Shown here one piece after another: positions 31,108 through 39,650 of a stretch of 64,000 nt of DNA (positions are counted from its first letter, which is position 1; every line of letters begins with the position of its first letter). The position numbers and the translations under genes were made by a program. Below the pieces are notes generated by a model. The model saw only the letters and a program-made list of their open reading frames with translations, did not search any database and was not told the DNA's origin. Origin of the DNA: Bacteroidales bacterium. Lineage in GTDB: Bacteria; Bacteroidota; Bacteroidia; Bacteroidales; VadinHA17. The stretch covers positions 61,884-125,883 of the forward strand of contig DATALC010000054.1 in NCBI GenBank assembly GCA_036261265.1, given 5' to 3'.

Positions 31108-31145
31108 CTACAATGCTTAATCCCCTACAATGCTTCATTCCCTAC
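31108..31145. repeat. 17/18-nt direct repeat x2 (CTACAATGCTTMATYCCC) just upstream of nuoH
   Basis: Read directly: ctacaatgcttaatccc then ctacaatgcttcattccc, followed by a partial tac. Confidence 0.9.
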
Positions 31146-31165
31146 GGGAAATGGAATTTATTAAT

Positions 31166-31250
31166 TCAATCGATCAATCATTCAATCATTCATTCATTCA
31201 ATCATTCAATCATTCATTCATTCATTCATTCAATCAATCATTCATTCATT
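31166..31250. repeat. Tetranucleotide microsatellite (TCAW)n, about 21 units, in the nuoD-nuoH spacer
   Basis: Read directly: tcaa tcga tcaa tcat tcaa tcat tcat tcat tcaa tcat ... On the coding strand this is (AATG/ATTG)n, preceded by TGA GGGGGG. Confidence 0.95.
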
Positions 31251-31256
31251 CCCCCC

Positions 31257-32381
31257 TCACCTGTCAATGTCCGGTATAATCAAATCAAGCGATCCACCGA
31301 TAGCCACAAGATCGGCTATCTTGAATCCTTTCGATAATTCATTAAGTACAAAGAGATTTGAAAAATTAGGTGATCTGAATTTTACCCTGTATGGATTCTT
31401 ATTCCCGTCACTTATGATGTATACGCCCAATTCACCTCTTGCCGTTTCAACCCGCTGATAATACTCACCTTCAGGAAGCTTGATAATGGGTTTCATCTTT
31501 ACGGCGTAAGGGCCTTCAGGAATATTATCGATAAGCTGTTCAATTATGCTCATCGATTCCCACATTTCTTTCATCCTGATCTGGTATCGGGTGTACGTAT
31601 CACCTTTTGTATCCAGGATTTCATTGAACTTTACCCTGTCATAAGCGCTGTATGGTTCGTGCTTTCTGACATCGCATGAAAAGCCTGAAGCTCTTGCTAC
31701 CGGACCTGTAGTACCAAAGGAGATGGCATTCTCGCGTGAAAGAGTGCCAATATTCATTGTACGTTCACGGAATATAATGTTTCCTGTAAGCAATTGATCA
31801 TATTCGGGCAGTGTTTTTTTGAAATAGCTTATAAATTCTTTCACCCTTTTCTGAAAATTTGGATGAATATCATACATCAATCCACCCGGGCAGTTATAGC
31901 TGACTATCATCCTGCCGCCGGTTGTTTCTTCAAAAATGTCAAGTACTTTTTCCCTGTCGCGAAGACCATAGAAAAAGGTTGTAAGAGCGCCAAGATCCAT
32001 GCCGAATGTAGCCCAGAAAAGCTGATGTGACTGGATCCTCGTAAGCTCAGCCATTATTGTGCGGATAATCTTTATACGATCAGGAATATCTATCTCAAGA
32101 GCTTTCTCAACGTTAAGACAAACTGCCTCATTGTTTATGTGAGCTGACAGATAATCCATCCTGTCAGTCAGGTGAATTATCTGGGGGTAGGCGAGAGCTT
32201 CACACATTTTTTCAATCCCGCTGTGAATGTAACCTATATGCGGTTCAACATTTTTGACAACTTCGCCTTTCAGGGAAACAACGAGCCTCAGCACACCATG
32301 AGTTGAAGGATGCTGCGGCCCCATATTGATGACATATTCCTGTTGCTCGTCGGGTATTATATTTTTTACTTCTTCTGCCAT
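31257..32381 (-). CDS. nuoD: NADH-quinone oxidoreductase subunit D
   Basis: Has MGPQHPSTHGVLRL, and the C-terminus ends IIPDIDR. Start moved to the ATG at 32381 (MAEEVKN), 4 nt after the nuoC stop. The track's longer ORF would overlap nuoC. Confidence 0.93.
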   Translation of the reverse strand: MAEEVKNIIPDEQQEYVINMGPQHPSTHGVLRLVVSLKGEVVKNVEPHIGYIHSGIEKMCEALAYPQIIHLTDRMDYLSAHINNEAVCLNVEKALEIDIPDRIKIIRTIMAELTRIQSHQLFWATFGMDLGALTTFFYGLRDREKVLDIFEETTGGRMIVSYNCPGGLMYDIHPNFQKRVKEFISYFKKTLPEYDQLLTGNIIFRERTMNIGTLSRENAISFGTTGPVARASGFSCDVRKHEPYSAYDRVKFNEILDTKGDTYTRYQIRMKEMWESMSIIEQLIDNIPEGPYAVKMKPIIKLPEGEYYQRVETARGELGVYIISDGNKNPYRVKFRSPNFSNLFVLNELSKGFKIADLVAIGGSLDLIIPDIDR

Positions 32382-32385
32382 AGGT

Positions 32386-32841
32386 TTACTTCGTAACAAC
32401 ATTAATATCATCAACGAAATCCTTTCTGAGAGGATAACCGAAATTTTTCTCAAGGAAAAATCTTCTCAGGTCAGGGTGATTATCGAACCTTATTCCAAGA
32501 AGATCAAAAACTTCTCGCTCATGAAATTCAGCAGTTTTCCAGATATCGGAAACAGTTTCGAAATGTGGATTAAGCCTGTCGGATGTTCTTACTTTCAGAA
32601 CAACAGTATGATTTAATTCTGTTGACCGGAGGTGATAGACAACTCCAAGATCATTTTTGTAATCGACACCTGAGAGACAGAATAAAAAGTCAAATTTCAG
32701 TTTTTCATTATTCCTGAGCTTCAATGCTGTTTCATGCAGCCTGGCTGGAGGAACAGTAACTTCGGGAAACTGTTTCCCTTCAACTACCGTGAGTTCACTG
32801 CCAATTGATCTTAAAAATTCCGAAAGCTGTGTCTTATCCAT
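32386..32841 (-). CDS. nuoC: NADH-quinone oxidoreductase subunit C
   Basis: 151 aa containing W..A.F.EREV.DL.GI.F..HPDLRR. Confidence 0.88.
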   Translation of the reverse strand: MDKTQLSEFLRSIGSELTVVEGKQFPEVTVPPARLHETALKLRNNEKLKFDFLFCLSGVDYKNDLGVVYHLRSTELNHTVVLKVRTSDRLNPHFETVSDIWKTAEFHEREVFDLLGIRFDNHPDLRRFFLEKNFGYPLRKDFVDDINVVTK

Positions 32842-32880
32842 TATATTTTAGTCCGTTAGGTATTTAACTCTAAATACTCT

Positions 32881-32961
32881 AGTCACTTTAGTCACTCTAG
32901 TCACTTTAGTCACTTTAGTCACTTTAGTCACTTTAGTCACTCTAGTCACTCTAGTCACTTA
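32881..32961. repeat. Tandem repeat with a 9-bp unit AGTCACTYT, 9 copies, in the nuoB-nuoC spacer
   Basis: Read directly. The last unit (agtcactta) contains the nuoB TAA stop codon. A partial unit precedes the array at 32877. Confidence 0.95.
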
Positions 32962-33519
32962 TTTTACATCATGCGATTCATTCCGTTTTTTCCTTGATTT
33001 TATGTTCTCGGTTTCGATCTTTCTCTGCAGCTGAAGCATTCCATAAAGCAGAGCTTCAGGCCTTGGAGGACAACCGGGTACATAAACATCAACAGGGATG
33101 ACATGCTCAACGCCCTTGATAACACTATAAGAATTCAGGAAGAACGGACCGCCTGATATTGCGCATGCTCCCATCGCAACTACATATTTTGGCTCCGACA
33201 TCTGATCATATAATCTCTTGAGAACAGGAGCCATTTTTTGTACTATTGTACCGGCTACGACAATCACATCTGCCTGCCTTGGACTTGCGCGATAGACTTC
33301 CATGCCAAACCTCGCAAAATCGTGTCTTGGAGCTCCTGCAGCCATCATCTCTATTCCGCAACAACGAGTTGCAAATGTCAATGGCCAGAGTGAATTTTTC
33401 CGTCCCCAGTTAATTACATCATCTATTGTTGCTAGAAGCACATTCGCTCCTGATTCATTAAGCAATTCAAGACTTTCATTATCGTTGAACTCTTCGTTTT
33501 TTATACCTTTTATTCCCAT
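32959..33519 (-). CDS. nuoB: NADH-quinone oxidoreductase subunit B
   Basis: Has [15 protein letters not shown] and VPGCPPRPE (the N2 cluster ligands). Confidence 0.95.
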   Translation of the reverse strand: MGIKGIKNEEFNDNESLELLNESGANVLLATIDDVINWGRKNSLWPLTFATRCCGIEMMAAGAPRHDFARFGMEVYRASPRQADVIVVAGTIVQKMAPVLKRLYDQMSEPKYVVAMGACAISGGPFFLNSYSVIKGVEHVIPVDVYVPGCPPRPEALLYGMLQLQRKIETENIKSRKKRNESHDVK

Positions 33520-33860
33520 ATAAGCGCATGTTTTTTCCAGGCATAGAGAAGACCCAGGCCCAGAATGAAAAAGAAAATAACTATTTCAACGAATGCGGCT
33601 ATACCGACTTCCTTCATAACAACAGCCCATGGAAACACAAGAACAGTTTCTACATCAAACACAAGAAACAATATAGCGAAAAGATAGTAGCCGACGTTGA
33701 ATTGAAGCCAGGTTACACCCTGTGTGGGTATACCGCATTCATAAGGATCAAATTTCTGAGGATTGACAGATTTTGGGGCGACAAAGCCTGAAAAAATAAG
33801 GACAAGCCCTACAAAAATTGCTCCCACAAGGAAAAACAAAATCAACCATTCATTATTCAT
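33510..33860 (-). CDS. nuoA: NADH-quinone oxidoreductase subunit A
   Basis: 116 aa with three TM helices and the YECG motif (PYECGIP). It overlaps nuoB by 10 nt. Confidence 0.9.
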   Translation of the reverse strand: MNNEWLILFFLVGAIFVGLVLIFSGFVAPKSVNPQKFDPYECGIPTQGVTWLQFNVGYYLFAILFLVFDVETVLVFPWAVVMKEVGIAAFVEIVIFFFILGLGLLYAWKKHALIWE

Positions 33861-33888
33861 AGTAACATAATTTTGGTTTGATGCCGCG

Positions 33889-33896
33889 CAAAAGTA
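33889..33896 (-). promoter_or_regulatory. Candidate -7 box TACTTTTG for the nuo operon
   Basis: Minus-strand TACTTTTG, 28 nt upstream of the nuoA ATG. Confidence 0.5.
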
Positions 33897-33953
33897 TTAT
33901 TTCGCGTGAAATTAGTAACACTATAAACAAGTGATAATTATCACTTTTGTCAT

Positions 33954-34715
33954 CTATGATCCGTAAAAAATACCTGACGGATATTCGATATCCGTAAGAA
34001 ACAGACCCTTTGCCGGAGCTGATTGTCCTGCCTTCCCCCTGTCTTTTGCAATGATGATATTTTCAAAATCCTCCAATGTCAGTTTTCCCTGACCAATGTC
34101 GACCATTGTACCAACAATTGCCCTGACCATATTTCTGAGAAATCTATCTGCTTTTATAGTGAAGATCAGGCGTTCACCTTCCTGTTCCCAGTTCGCATTG
34201 TAAATTTTGCAGTTATTCGTTTTAACATCTGTGTGAAGTCTGCTGAAGCTTGTAAAATCCTTATAATTCGACAGAATAGCACATGCTTCATTCATTTTTA
34301 CAATATCCAGATCACCATAGAGGCACCAGGTTGTTTCTGTTGAGAAAGGATCTTTTTTTCTGCTAATATAATATTTATAGGTTCTTGATAAAGCGCCAAA
34401 GCGGGCATGAGCCTCAGGCAAAGCTTTCTTAATGCTTATTATTGAAATGTCCCATGGTATGAATTTATTGATCCTGAAAATAAGGTTTTTCCTTGTATCA
34501 AGATCATCTGCCTTACAATCAAAGTGCGCGCAGAAATAGCTTGCATGGACACCTGTATCTGTCCTTCCTGCTCCTGTAAGTTCAGTTTTCTCTCCCAGTA
34601 TAAGACTTAAGCAATCTTCGAGTGTCTGCTGGATCGTTCTTGAACCGGGTTGTATCTGCCAGCCATGATAAAGGGTTCCTTTATAACTTATAAATATGAA
34701 ATATCTTGTTTTCAC
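33954..34715 (-). CDS. truA: tRNA pseudouridine(38-40) synthase
   Basis: 253 aa with YKGT.YHGWQ.Q and the catalytic GAGRTDTGVHA. The start codon is GTG. Confidence 0.93.
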   Translation of the reverse strand: MKTRYFIFISYKGTLYHGWQIQPGSRTIQQTLEDCLSLILGEKTELTGAGRTDTGVHASYFCAHFDCKADDLDTRKNLIFRINKFIPWDISIISIKKALPEAHARFGALSRTYKYYISRKKDPFSTETTWCLYGDLDIVKMNEACAILSNYKDFTSFSRLHTDVKTNNCKIYNANWEQEGERLIFTIKADRFLRNMVRAIVGTMVDIGQGKLTLEDFENIIIAKDRGKAGQSAPAKGLFLTDIEYPSGIFYGS

Positions 34716-34728
34716 ATCTCTGTTTATG

Positions 34729-34736
34729 CAAATGTA
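34729..34736 (-). promoter_or_regulatory. Candidate -7 box TACATTTG for truA
   Basis: Minus-strand TACATTTG, 13 nt upstream of the GTG start. Confidence 0.4.
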
Positions 34737-34871
34737 ACTATATAAGCATTAGAACAATCGTGTTTATGTTCAATTATTACAGACGTCTTTCATTGTATTC
34801 GCTCGAACGGCCTGATTATTTTTAGAATCACTATATTTACACTTAATATTAATCATTTTAATCAATTATAC

Positions 34872-36155
34872 ATGACAAAAGCAGATAATCTGATTTCAAA
34901 GATCAATAATGGCAACAATAAGGCCTTCAGCGAGCTCTATGGCAATGACCAGGCTGTTCTGATGAAAAATGCAAAACGGTATATTGATATAATGAAAAAG
35001 TATACCAGTGAATTCGGAGAAGCCGATATTGAGTTTTTCAGTTCACCCGGCCGCACAGAAATAGGAGGTAATCACACTGACCATAACTATGGACGTGTAC
35101 TTGCCGGTGCAGTTAATCTTGACATTATCTGTGTGGCCGCAAAAACTAATACAGATGTAATAAGGATATTATCTGCGGATTATCCCAAATTTGAAGTGAA
35201 GCTCACTTCTCTTGAAGTTTCTGAAAAAGAAAAATATACATCTGCAGCTCTTGTGAGAGGAATTTGCTCACGTCTTAAAGAGCTTGGTTATAAAATTGGA
35301 GGTTTTGATGCATGCATTGATGGAGGAGTTCCCAAAGGATCGGGATTAAGTTCATCCGCTTCATTTGAAGTGCTGATCGGCGCAATAATCAGTTACTTTT
35401 ATAATAGCGGGAAATTAGATCCAATTGAAAATGCCAAGATCGGCCAGTATTCTGAAAATAACTATTTCGGGAAACCCTGCGGCCTTATGGATCAGACAGC
35501 CTGTGCTATGGGTGGGCTCATAACAATTGACTTTAAGGATCCCTCCAAACCTGTAGTGAAGAAAGTGAATTTTGATTTTGTTTCGACAGGTTTTTCACTT
35601 GTTATTACTGATACAGGCGGCAGTCATGCAGATCTCAACGATGAATATGCTTCCCTGCCTGCTGACATGAAGGCTGTGGCTGCAGAGCTGGGAGCAAAAG
35701 TTCTCCGCGAGGTCACTCTCGGCAAAATCCTTGAAATAACCCCTTCAATACGTACTAAGGTAGGCGACAGGGCTATTTTAAGAGCAATCCATTTCCAGGT
35801 AGAAAATCAGAGGGTTGTTGATCAGGTTGATGCTCTTGAAAGAAACGACTTCAAATCATTCCTTGGAATGGTTATTGATTCCGGATTCAGTTCATATATG
35901 TACAACCAGAACATTTACCCGGTTAATAATATCAGGGAACAAAATGTATCACTCGCTTTAGCTCTGAGCCATCTTGTCCTTAATGGGGAGGGTGCATGGC
36001 GTGTACATGGGGGCGGCTTCGCAGGAACAATTCAGGCTTTTGTTCCACAGAAATTGCTTGGCGCGTATGTCAGTACACTGGAGCATGTCTATGGAAAAGG
36101 CTCATGCCATATCCTGTTTATAAGGCAGCAGGGCTCCGGCAGAGTAGATTTATGA
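34872..36155 (+). CDS. galK: GHMP-family sugar kinase, galactokinase-like (divergent signature)
   Basis: 427 aa. The GHMP ATP motif PKGSGLSSSAS is intact. The N-terminal signature reads GRTEIGGNHTDH instead of the classical GR.N(LIV)IG(DE)H.D(YF). It is followed by galM and a sugar/H+ symporter. Confidence 0.7.
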   Translation: MTKADNLISKINNGNNKAFSELYGNDQAVLMKNAKRYIDIMKKYTSEFGEADIEFFSSPGRTEIGGNHTDHNYGRVLAGAVNLDIICVAAKTNTDVIRILSADYPKFEVKLTSLEVSEKEKYTSAALVRGICSRLKELGYKIGGFDACIDGGVPKGSGLSSSASFEVLIGAIISYFYNSGKLDPIENAKIGQYSENNYFGKPCGLMDQTACAMGGLITIDFKDPSKPVVKKVNFDFVSTGFSLVITDTGGSHADLNDEYASLPADMKAVAAELGAKVLREVTLGKILEITPSIRTKVGDRAILRAIHFQVENQRVVDQVDALERNDFKSFLGMVIDSGFSSYMYNQNIYPVNNIREQNVSLALALSHLVLNGEGAWRVHGGGFAGTIQAFVPQKLLGAYVSTLEHVYGKGSCHILFIRQQGSGRVDL

Positions 36156-36178
36156 CGAATCTGTTATCTCTTAAAATT

Positions 36179-37231
36179 ATGAATATTATTAAAAGTGAGT
36201 CATTTACCGGCGTACATAATGGTAAACAGGTAGGACTTTATACACTGAAGAATAAAAATGGTTATATCGCTCAGGTGACAAACTATGGCGCTATTATTGT
36301 CAGCATCTTCACACCTGACAGGAAAGGCAACCTTGCAGACATCGTTCAGGGATATGATACAATTTCAGAATATATAAATGGTAACGGACCGTACATGGGT
36401 GCAGTATGTGGCCGTTGTGCGAATCGCATAGCATTGGGTAAATTCATTCTCCTTGGCAAAGAATACACACTTGCTGTGAATAATGGCCCAAACCATCTCC
36501 ATGGCGGATTAAAAGGGTTCAGTAAAGTTGTCTGGGATGTTGTGGATTCATCTTCATCTCATGTCAGGCTTGAATATTTTTCAAAAGACATGGAGGAAGG
36601 TTATCCTGGTAATCTAAAAGTTACGGTTACTTACACAATGACAGATGGTAATGCTCTTAATATTGATTATAAGGCTGTTACAGATAAAACAACAATTGTG
36701 AACCTTGCAGGGCATTCTTATTTCAATCTTTCAGGTGAAGGCTCGGGAAGTATCTATGATCAGGAATTAATTATCAATGCTGATTTTTTTACTCCTGTTG
36801 ATGAGTCATCGGTACCTACAGGTGAAATACTGAGTGTACATGGAACTCCGATGGATTTTACAAAACAAAGGAAAATTGGTTCTTCAATCGATGAATATTA
36901 TGAGCAGTTGAAATTCGGAGCAGGCTATGACCATAACTTTGTTCTAAATCATCGTTCCGGGACTATGGGGCTGGCTGCTGCAGCTTATGATCCACAGTCA
37001 GGCAGAATGCTGGAAGTTCATACTACTCAGCCTGGGGTCCAGTTATACACAGCAAACTGGATTGATAATGAAAAAGGTAAAGGCGGCAAGAGGTATGGCA
37101 GGAGATGGGCATTCTGCCTCGAAACCCAGCATTTCCCCGATGCAGTTAACAAACCCTACTTTCTCTCAGTTATATTGAACCCGGGAGAGGCATACAGTCA
37201 TAGTTGCATTTATAAATTCAGCACCAGATAG
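36179..37231 (+). CDS. galM: Aldose 1-epimerase (galactose mutarotase)
   Basis: Has N.GPNHLHGG, YPG.L, and ETQHFPDA. Possible starts are the ATG at 36179 (MNIIKSE) or the ATG at 36152, which overlaps the galK stop as ATGA. The track's 35996 start lies deep inside galK. Confidence 0.88.
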   Translation: MNIIKSESFTGVHNGKQVGLYTLKNKNGYIAQVTNYGAIIVSIFTPDRKGNLADIVQGYDTISEYINGNGPYMGAVCGRCANRIALGKFILLGKEYTLAVNNGPNHLHGGLKGFSKVVWDVVDSSSSHVRLEYFSKDMEEGYPGNLKVTVTYTMTDGNALNIDYKAVTDKTTIVNLAGHSYFNLSGEGSGSIYDQELIINADFFTPVDESSVPTGEILSVHGTPMDFTKQRKIGSSIDEYYEQLKFGAGYDHNFVLNHRSGTMGLAAAAYDPQSGRMLEVHTTQPGVQLYTANWIDNEKGKGGKRYGRRWAFCLETQHFPDAVNKPYFLSVILNPGEAYSHSCIYKFSTR

Positions 37232-37258
37232 AATATTTATAACTTTCAAACCTAACCT

Positions 37259-38464
37259 ATGAAAAACAAGAATTCCTACCTTTTACCATTGATTGTGATG
37301 GCCGCGATGTTCTTCCTTCTTGGCTTTATCACAACAATGAACAATTCGTTGATAAACTACCTTAAGGATGCATTCGGGCTTAATGAAGTTGAAAAACAAC
37401 TTCCGAATACTTTCTTTTATGGCGCTTATATTCTTTCAATCCCCGTTGGCTACATTCTGAATCGTATAGGTTATAAGAATGGTGTTCTTGGAGGGCTTGG
37501 GATGATCTGCCTCGGGTTCTTTCTTTGCATACCGGCCGTTGCACTGGGATATTATGCTTTCCTTAGCGCCGTTTCTGTATTTGCAATAGGTGTTGTATTA
37601 CTCCAGGTTGCAGCAAATCCTTATGTTAATGCACTAGGAAGCCCTGAAACAGCAGCAAGCCGTCTTACGCTTACAAATGCTCTTAATTCTGTAGCTACAG
37701 TAATTGCTCCAATATTTGTATCAATGCTCATTGTTTCTGCTAATACCAGTGGAGGCTCTGATCCAAAAACTGTACAGGGACCCTTCGCAGGTATTGGAAT
37801 AATAACACTTGTAATAGTCGTTATTATGTTCTTCCTGAAGCTGCCTGAGATTAAAGAGCCTGAAACAGCTGAAGGCGCTGTTAAAAAGATTAAGAATAGC
37901 GCTTACGCATACCCTCACATGTGGCTGGGATCTCTTGCTATTTTCTTCTATATGGGAGTTGAGATTGGAATTCCTAGCTTTTTTGCTGACTATTCCGCAA
38001 AGCTTGGTTTTGATTTCGACGGCGGAATGCGGACAAAATACCTTGCATATTACTGGGCCGGACTTATGGTAGGACGTGTTGCAGGCATTTTTATACTTAG
38101 GAAGTATACAGCACACAAGATTCTCAGTATTAATGCTATAGTTGGTGCATTAATGCTTCTGTCATCACTCATCCTGGGATCTATGGGAATGAGTATGGTG
38201 GCGCTTGTCTTGTTCCTGGGTACAGGTCTCATGCACTCAATTATGTGGCCCTGTATTTATAATCTCGCACTCGAGGATCTTGGTATACATTCAAAAGTGG
38301 GATCTGGCGTCATCGCTACATCTGTTATCGGAGCCGCTTTGTTACCAATAATGATGGGAGGTATCCAGAGAAGCATTGGTTTAACAGTTGCTGTCTGCTG
38401 TCTGTTCGTATATTACGCATATATAACGTTCTTTGCCGTCAAAGGCTCAAGAATAAGATCTTGA
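37259..38464 (+). CDS. MFS sugar:H+ symporter (FucP / glucose-galactose GluP family)
   Basis: 401 aa with about 12 TM helices. The N-terminus FFLLGFIT..N..L resembles the FucP/GluP family. The gene is adjacent to galK-galM. Confidence 0.8.
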   Translation: MKNKNSYLLPLIVMAAMFFLLGFITTMNNSLINYLKDAFGLNEVEKQLPNTFFYGAYILSIPVGYILNRIGYKNGVLGGLGMICLGFFLCIPAVALGYYAFLSAVSVFAIGVVLLQVAANPYVNALGSPETAASRLTLTNALNSVATVIAPIFVSMLIVSANTSGGSDPKTVQGPFAGIGIITLVIVVIMFFLKLPEIKEPETAEGAVKKIKNSAYAYPHMWLGSLAIFFYMGVEIGIPSFFADYSAKLGFDFDGGMRTKYLAYYWAGLMVGRVAGIFILRKYTAHKILSINAIVGALMLLSSLILGSMGMSMVALVLFLGTGLMHSIMWPCIYNLALEDLGIHSKVGSGVIATSVIGAALLPIMMGGIQRSIGLTVAVCCLFVYYAYITFFAVKGSRIRS

Positions 38465-38480
38465 TAATTCACAAACCAAA

Positions 38481-38520
38481 GCTGCCGGATAATGAATTTA
38501 TTCCGGCAGCTCTTTATTTT
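38481..38520 (+). terminator. Intrinsic terminator after the sugar transporter gene
   Basis: A 9-bp GC-rich stem, gctgccgga / tccggcagc, with a 12-nt loop, followed by tctttattttattt. Confidence 0.75.
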
Positions 38521-38530
38521 ATTTATGCTT

Positions 38531-39589
38531 ATGCAACAAATTTTAAAAAGGGGATTTGCAAGCGATAATAATGCAGGAGCTCATCCCGAAATTCTTAAAG
38601 AAGTGATTAACGCCAATGCCGGCCATGTTGTTGGTTATGGAGCGGATACATACACAGAGAAGGCTGAAGAGTTATTCAGGGAACATCTCGGAAGTGCAAC
38701 CCGGCCTTTTTTCGTATTTACGGGAACCGCAGCGAATGTATTGGGGATAACTGCAATAACACGTTCGTGGAATTCAGTGGTTACAGCAGACACAGCGCAT
38801 CTTGAAACTGATGAATGCGGAGCTCCTGAAAAGTTCACAGGATGTAAAATTCTGACAGTTGAGACACCTGACGGAAAGATTACTCCTGAATTAATCGCCC
38901 GTCATATTCATGGATTTGACTTTGAACACCATTCACAGCCAAAAGTAATATCAATCACACAATCGACTGAGATGGGTACAGTTTACACTGTGCAGGAAAT
39001 AAAAAAGATATCTCACTATGCTCATTCCATGGGGTTGCTTCTCCATATGGACGGTGCAAGGATAGCAAATGCAGCAGCGGCTATGGGGCTTCCTTTCAGG
39101 GCGTTTACCACAGATGCAGGAGTGGATATTCTCTCTTTCGGAGGGACAAAAAACGGCATGATGTTCGGTGAGGCGATATGCTTTCTCAGGCCTGAGCTTG
39201 CTGCAAACTTTAAATATATAAGAAAGCAGGGAATGCAGCTGGCCTCAAAAATGAGGTTTATTTCAGCCCAGTACATCGCATATTTCAAAAATGATTTATG
39301 GAAGGAGCTTGCAACGCATGCAAATGAGATGTCGCAGGTTCTTGCCGAAAAGCTGCAACAGGTCGATGGTATTCGAATCACTCAGAAAGTCCAGGTGAAT
39401 GGCGTATTTGTTATAATACCAAAGGATGTTGCTGAAAAAGTAAGAAAGCAATATTTCTTTTATCCCTGGAATGAGTTTACATCTGAATACAGGCTTATGA
39501 CGAGCTGGGATACAACAATTGAAGATATTGAAAATTTCATCGGACTCCTGAAGCATGAAATGTCCGTAAAGAGCAAATTAAAAGATTAA
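38531..39589 (+). CDS. ltaE: Low-specificity L-threonine aldolase / beta-eliminating lyase family (PLP enzyme)
   Basis: Has FASDN, GT.AN, HMDGAR and FGGTKNG (PLP lysine). Start moved to the ATG at 38531 (or 38525), because the track's ATG at 38492 sits in the terminator loop. Confidence 0.8.
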   Translation: MQQILKRGFASDNNAGAHPEILKEVINANAGHVVGYGADTYTEKAEELFREHLGSATRPFFVFTGTAANVLGITAITRSWNSVVTADTAHLETDECGAPEKFTGCKILTVETPDGKITPELIARHIHGFDFEHHSQPKVISITQSTEMGTVYTVQEIKKISHYAHSMGLLLHMDGARIANAAAAMGLPFRAFTTDAGVDILSFGGTKNGMMFGEAICFLRPELAANFKYIRKQGMQLASKMRFISAQYIAYFKNDLWKELATHANEMSQVLAEKLQQVDGIRITQKVQVNGVFVIIPKDVAEKVRKQYFFYPWNEFTSEYRLMTSWDTTIEDIENFIGLLKHEMSVKSKLKD

Positions 39590-39603
39590 TAATCAATAAT
39601 TAC

Positions 39604-39634
39604 AAAAAAAGCCGGATTGAAATCCGGCTTTTTC
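39604..39634. terminator. Bidirectional intrinsic terminator between convergent ltaE and tonB
   Basis: aaaaaaa gccgga ttgaaa tccggc ttttt. The GC stem is flanked by an A-run and a T-run. Confidence 0.8.
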
Positions 39635-39650
39635 TATCTCTAAACAATAT

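Noticed and set aside
31113-31337. Track ORF (74 aa, ...NHSIIHSFNHSIIHSFIHSINHSF...) on the plus strand
   Set aside because: It is simply the translation of the (TCAW)n microsatellite in the nuoD-nuoH spacer, and it runs antisense into the nuoD 3' end. It is not a gene.
32382-32453. 24-codon N-terminal extension of nuoD in the ORF track
   Set aside because: It would overlap the nuoC 3' end. The ATG at 32381 gives the canonical NuoD N-terminus, 4 nt after the nuoC stop.
32877-32961. Regularly spaced repeats considered as a possible CRISPR array (also 153..219 and 31166..31250)
   Set aside because: The units are 4-9 bp and directly abut one another with no unique spacers. No cas genes are present. 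These are micro- and minisatellites, not CRISPRs.
35996-36178. Long N-terminal extension of galM proposed by the ORF track (start at 35996)
   Set aside because: It would overlap the last 160 nt of galK in another frame. The conserved mutarotase sequence begins after the ATG at 36152/36179.
38492-38530. Upstream start of the threonine-aldolase-family gene at 38492
   Set aside because: That ATG sits in the loop of the terminator hairpin at 38481..38510. The encoded MNLFRQLFILFML is not part of the conserved enzyme.
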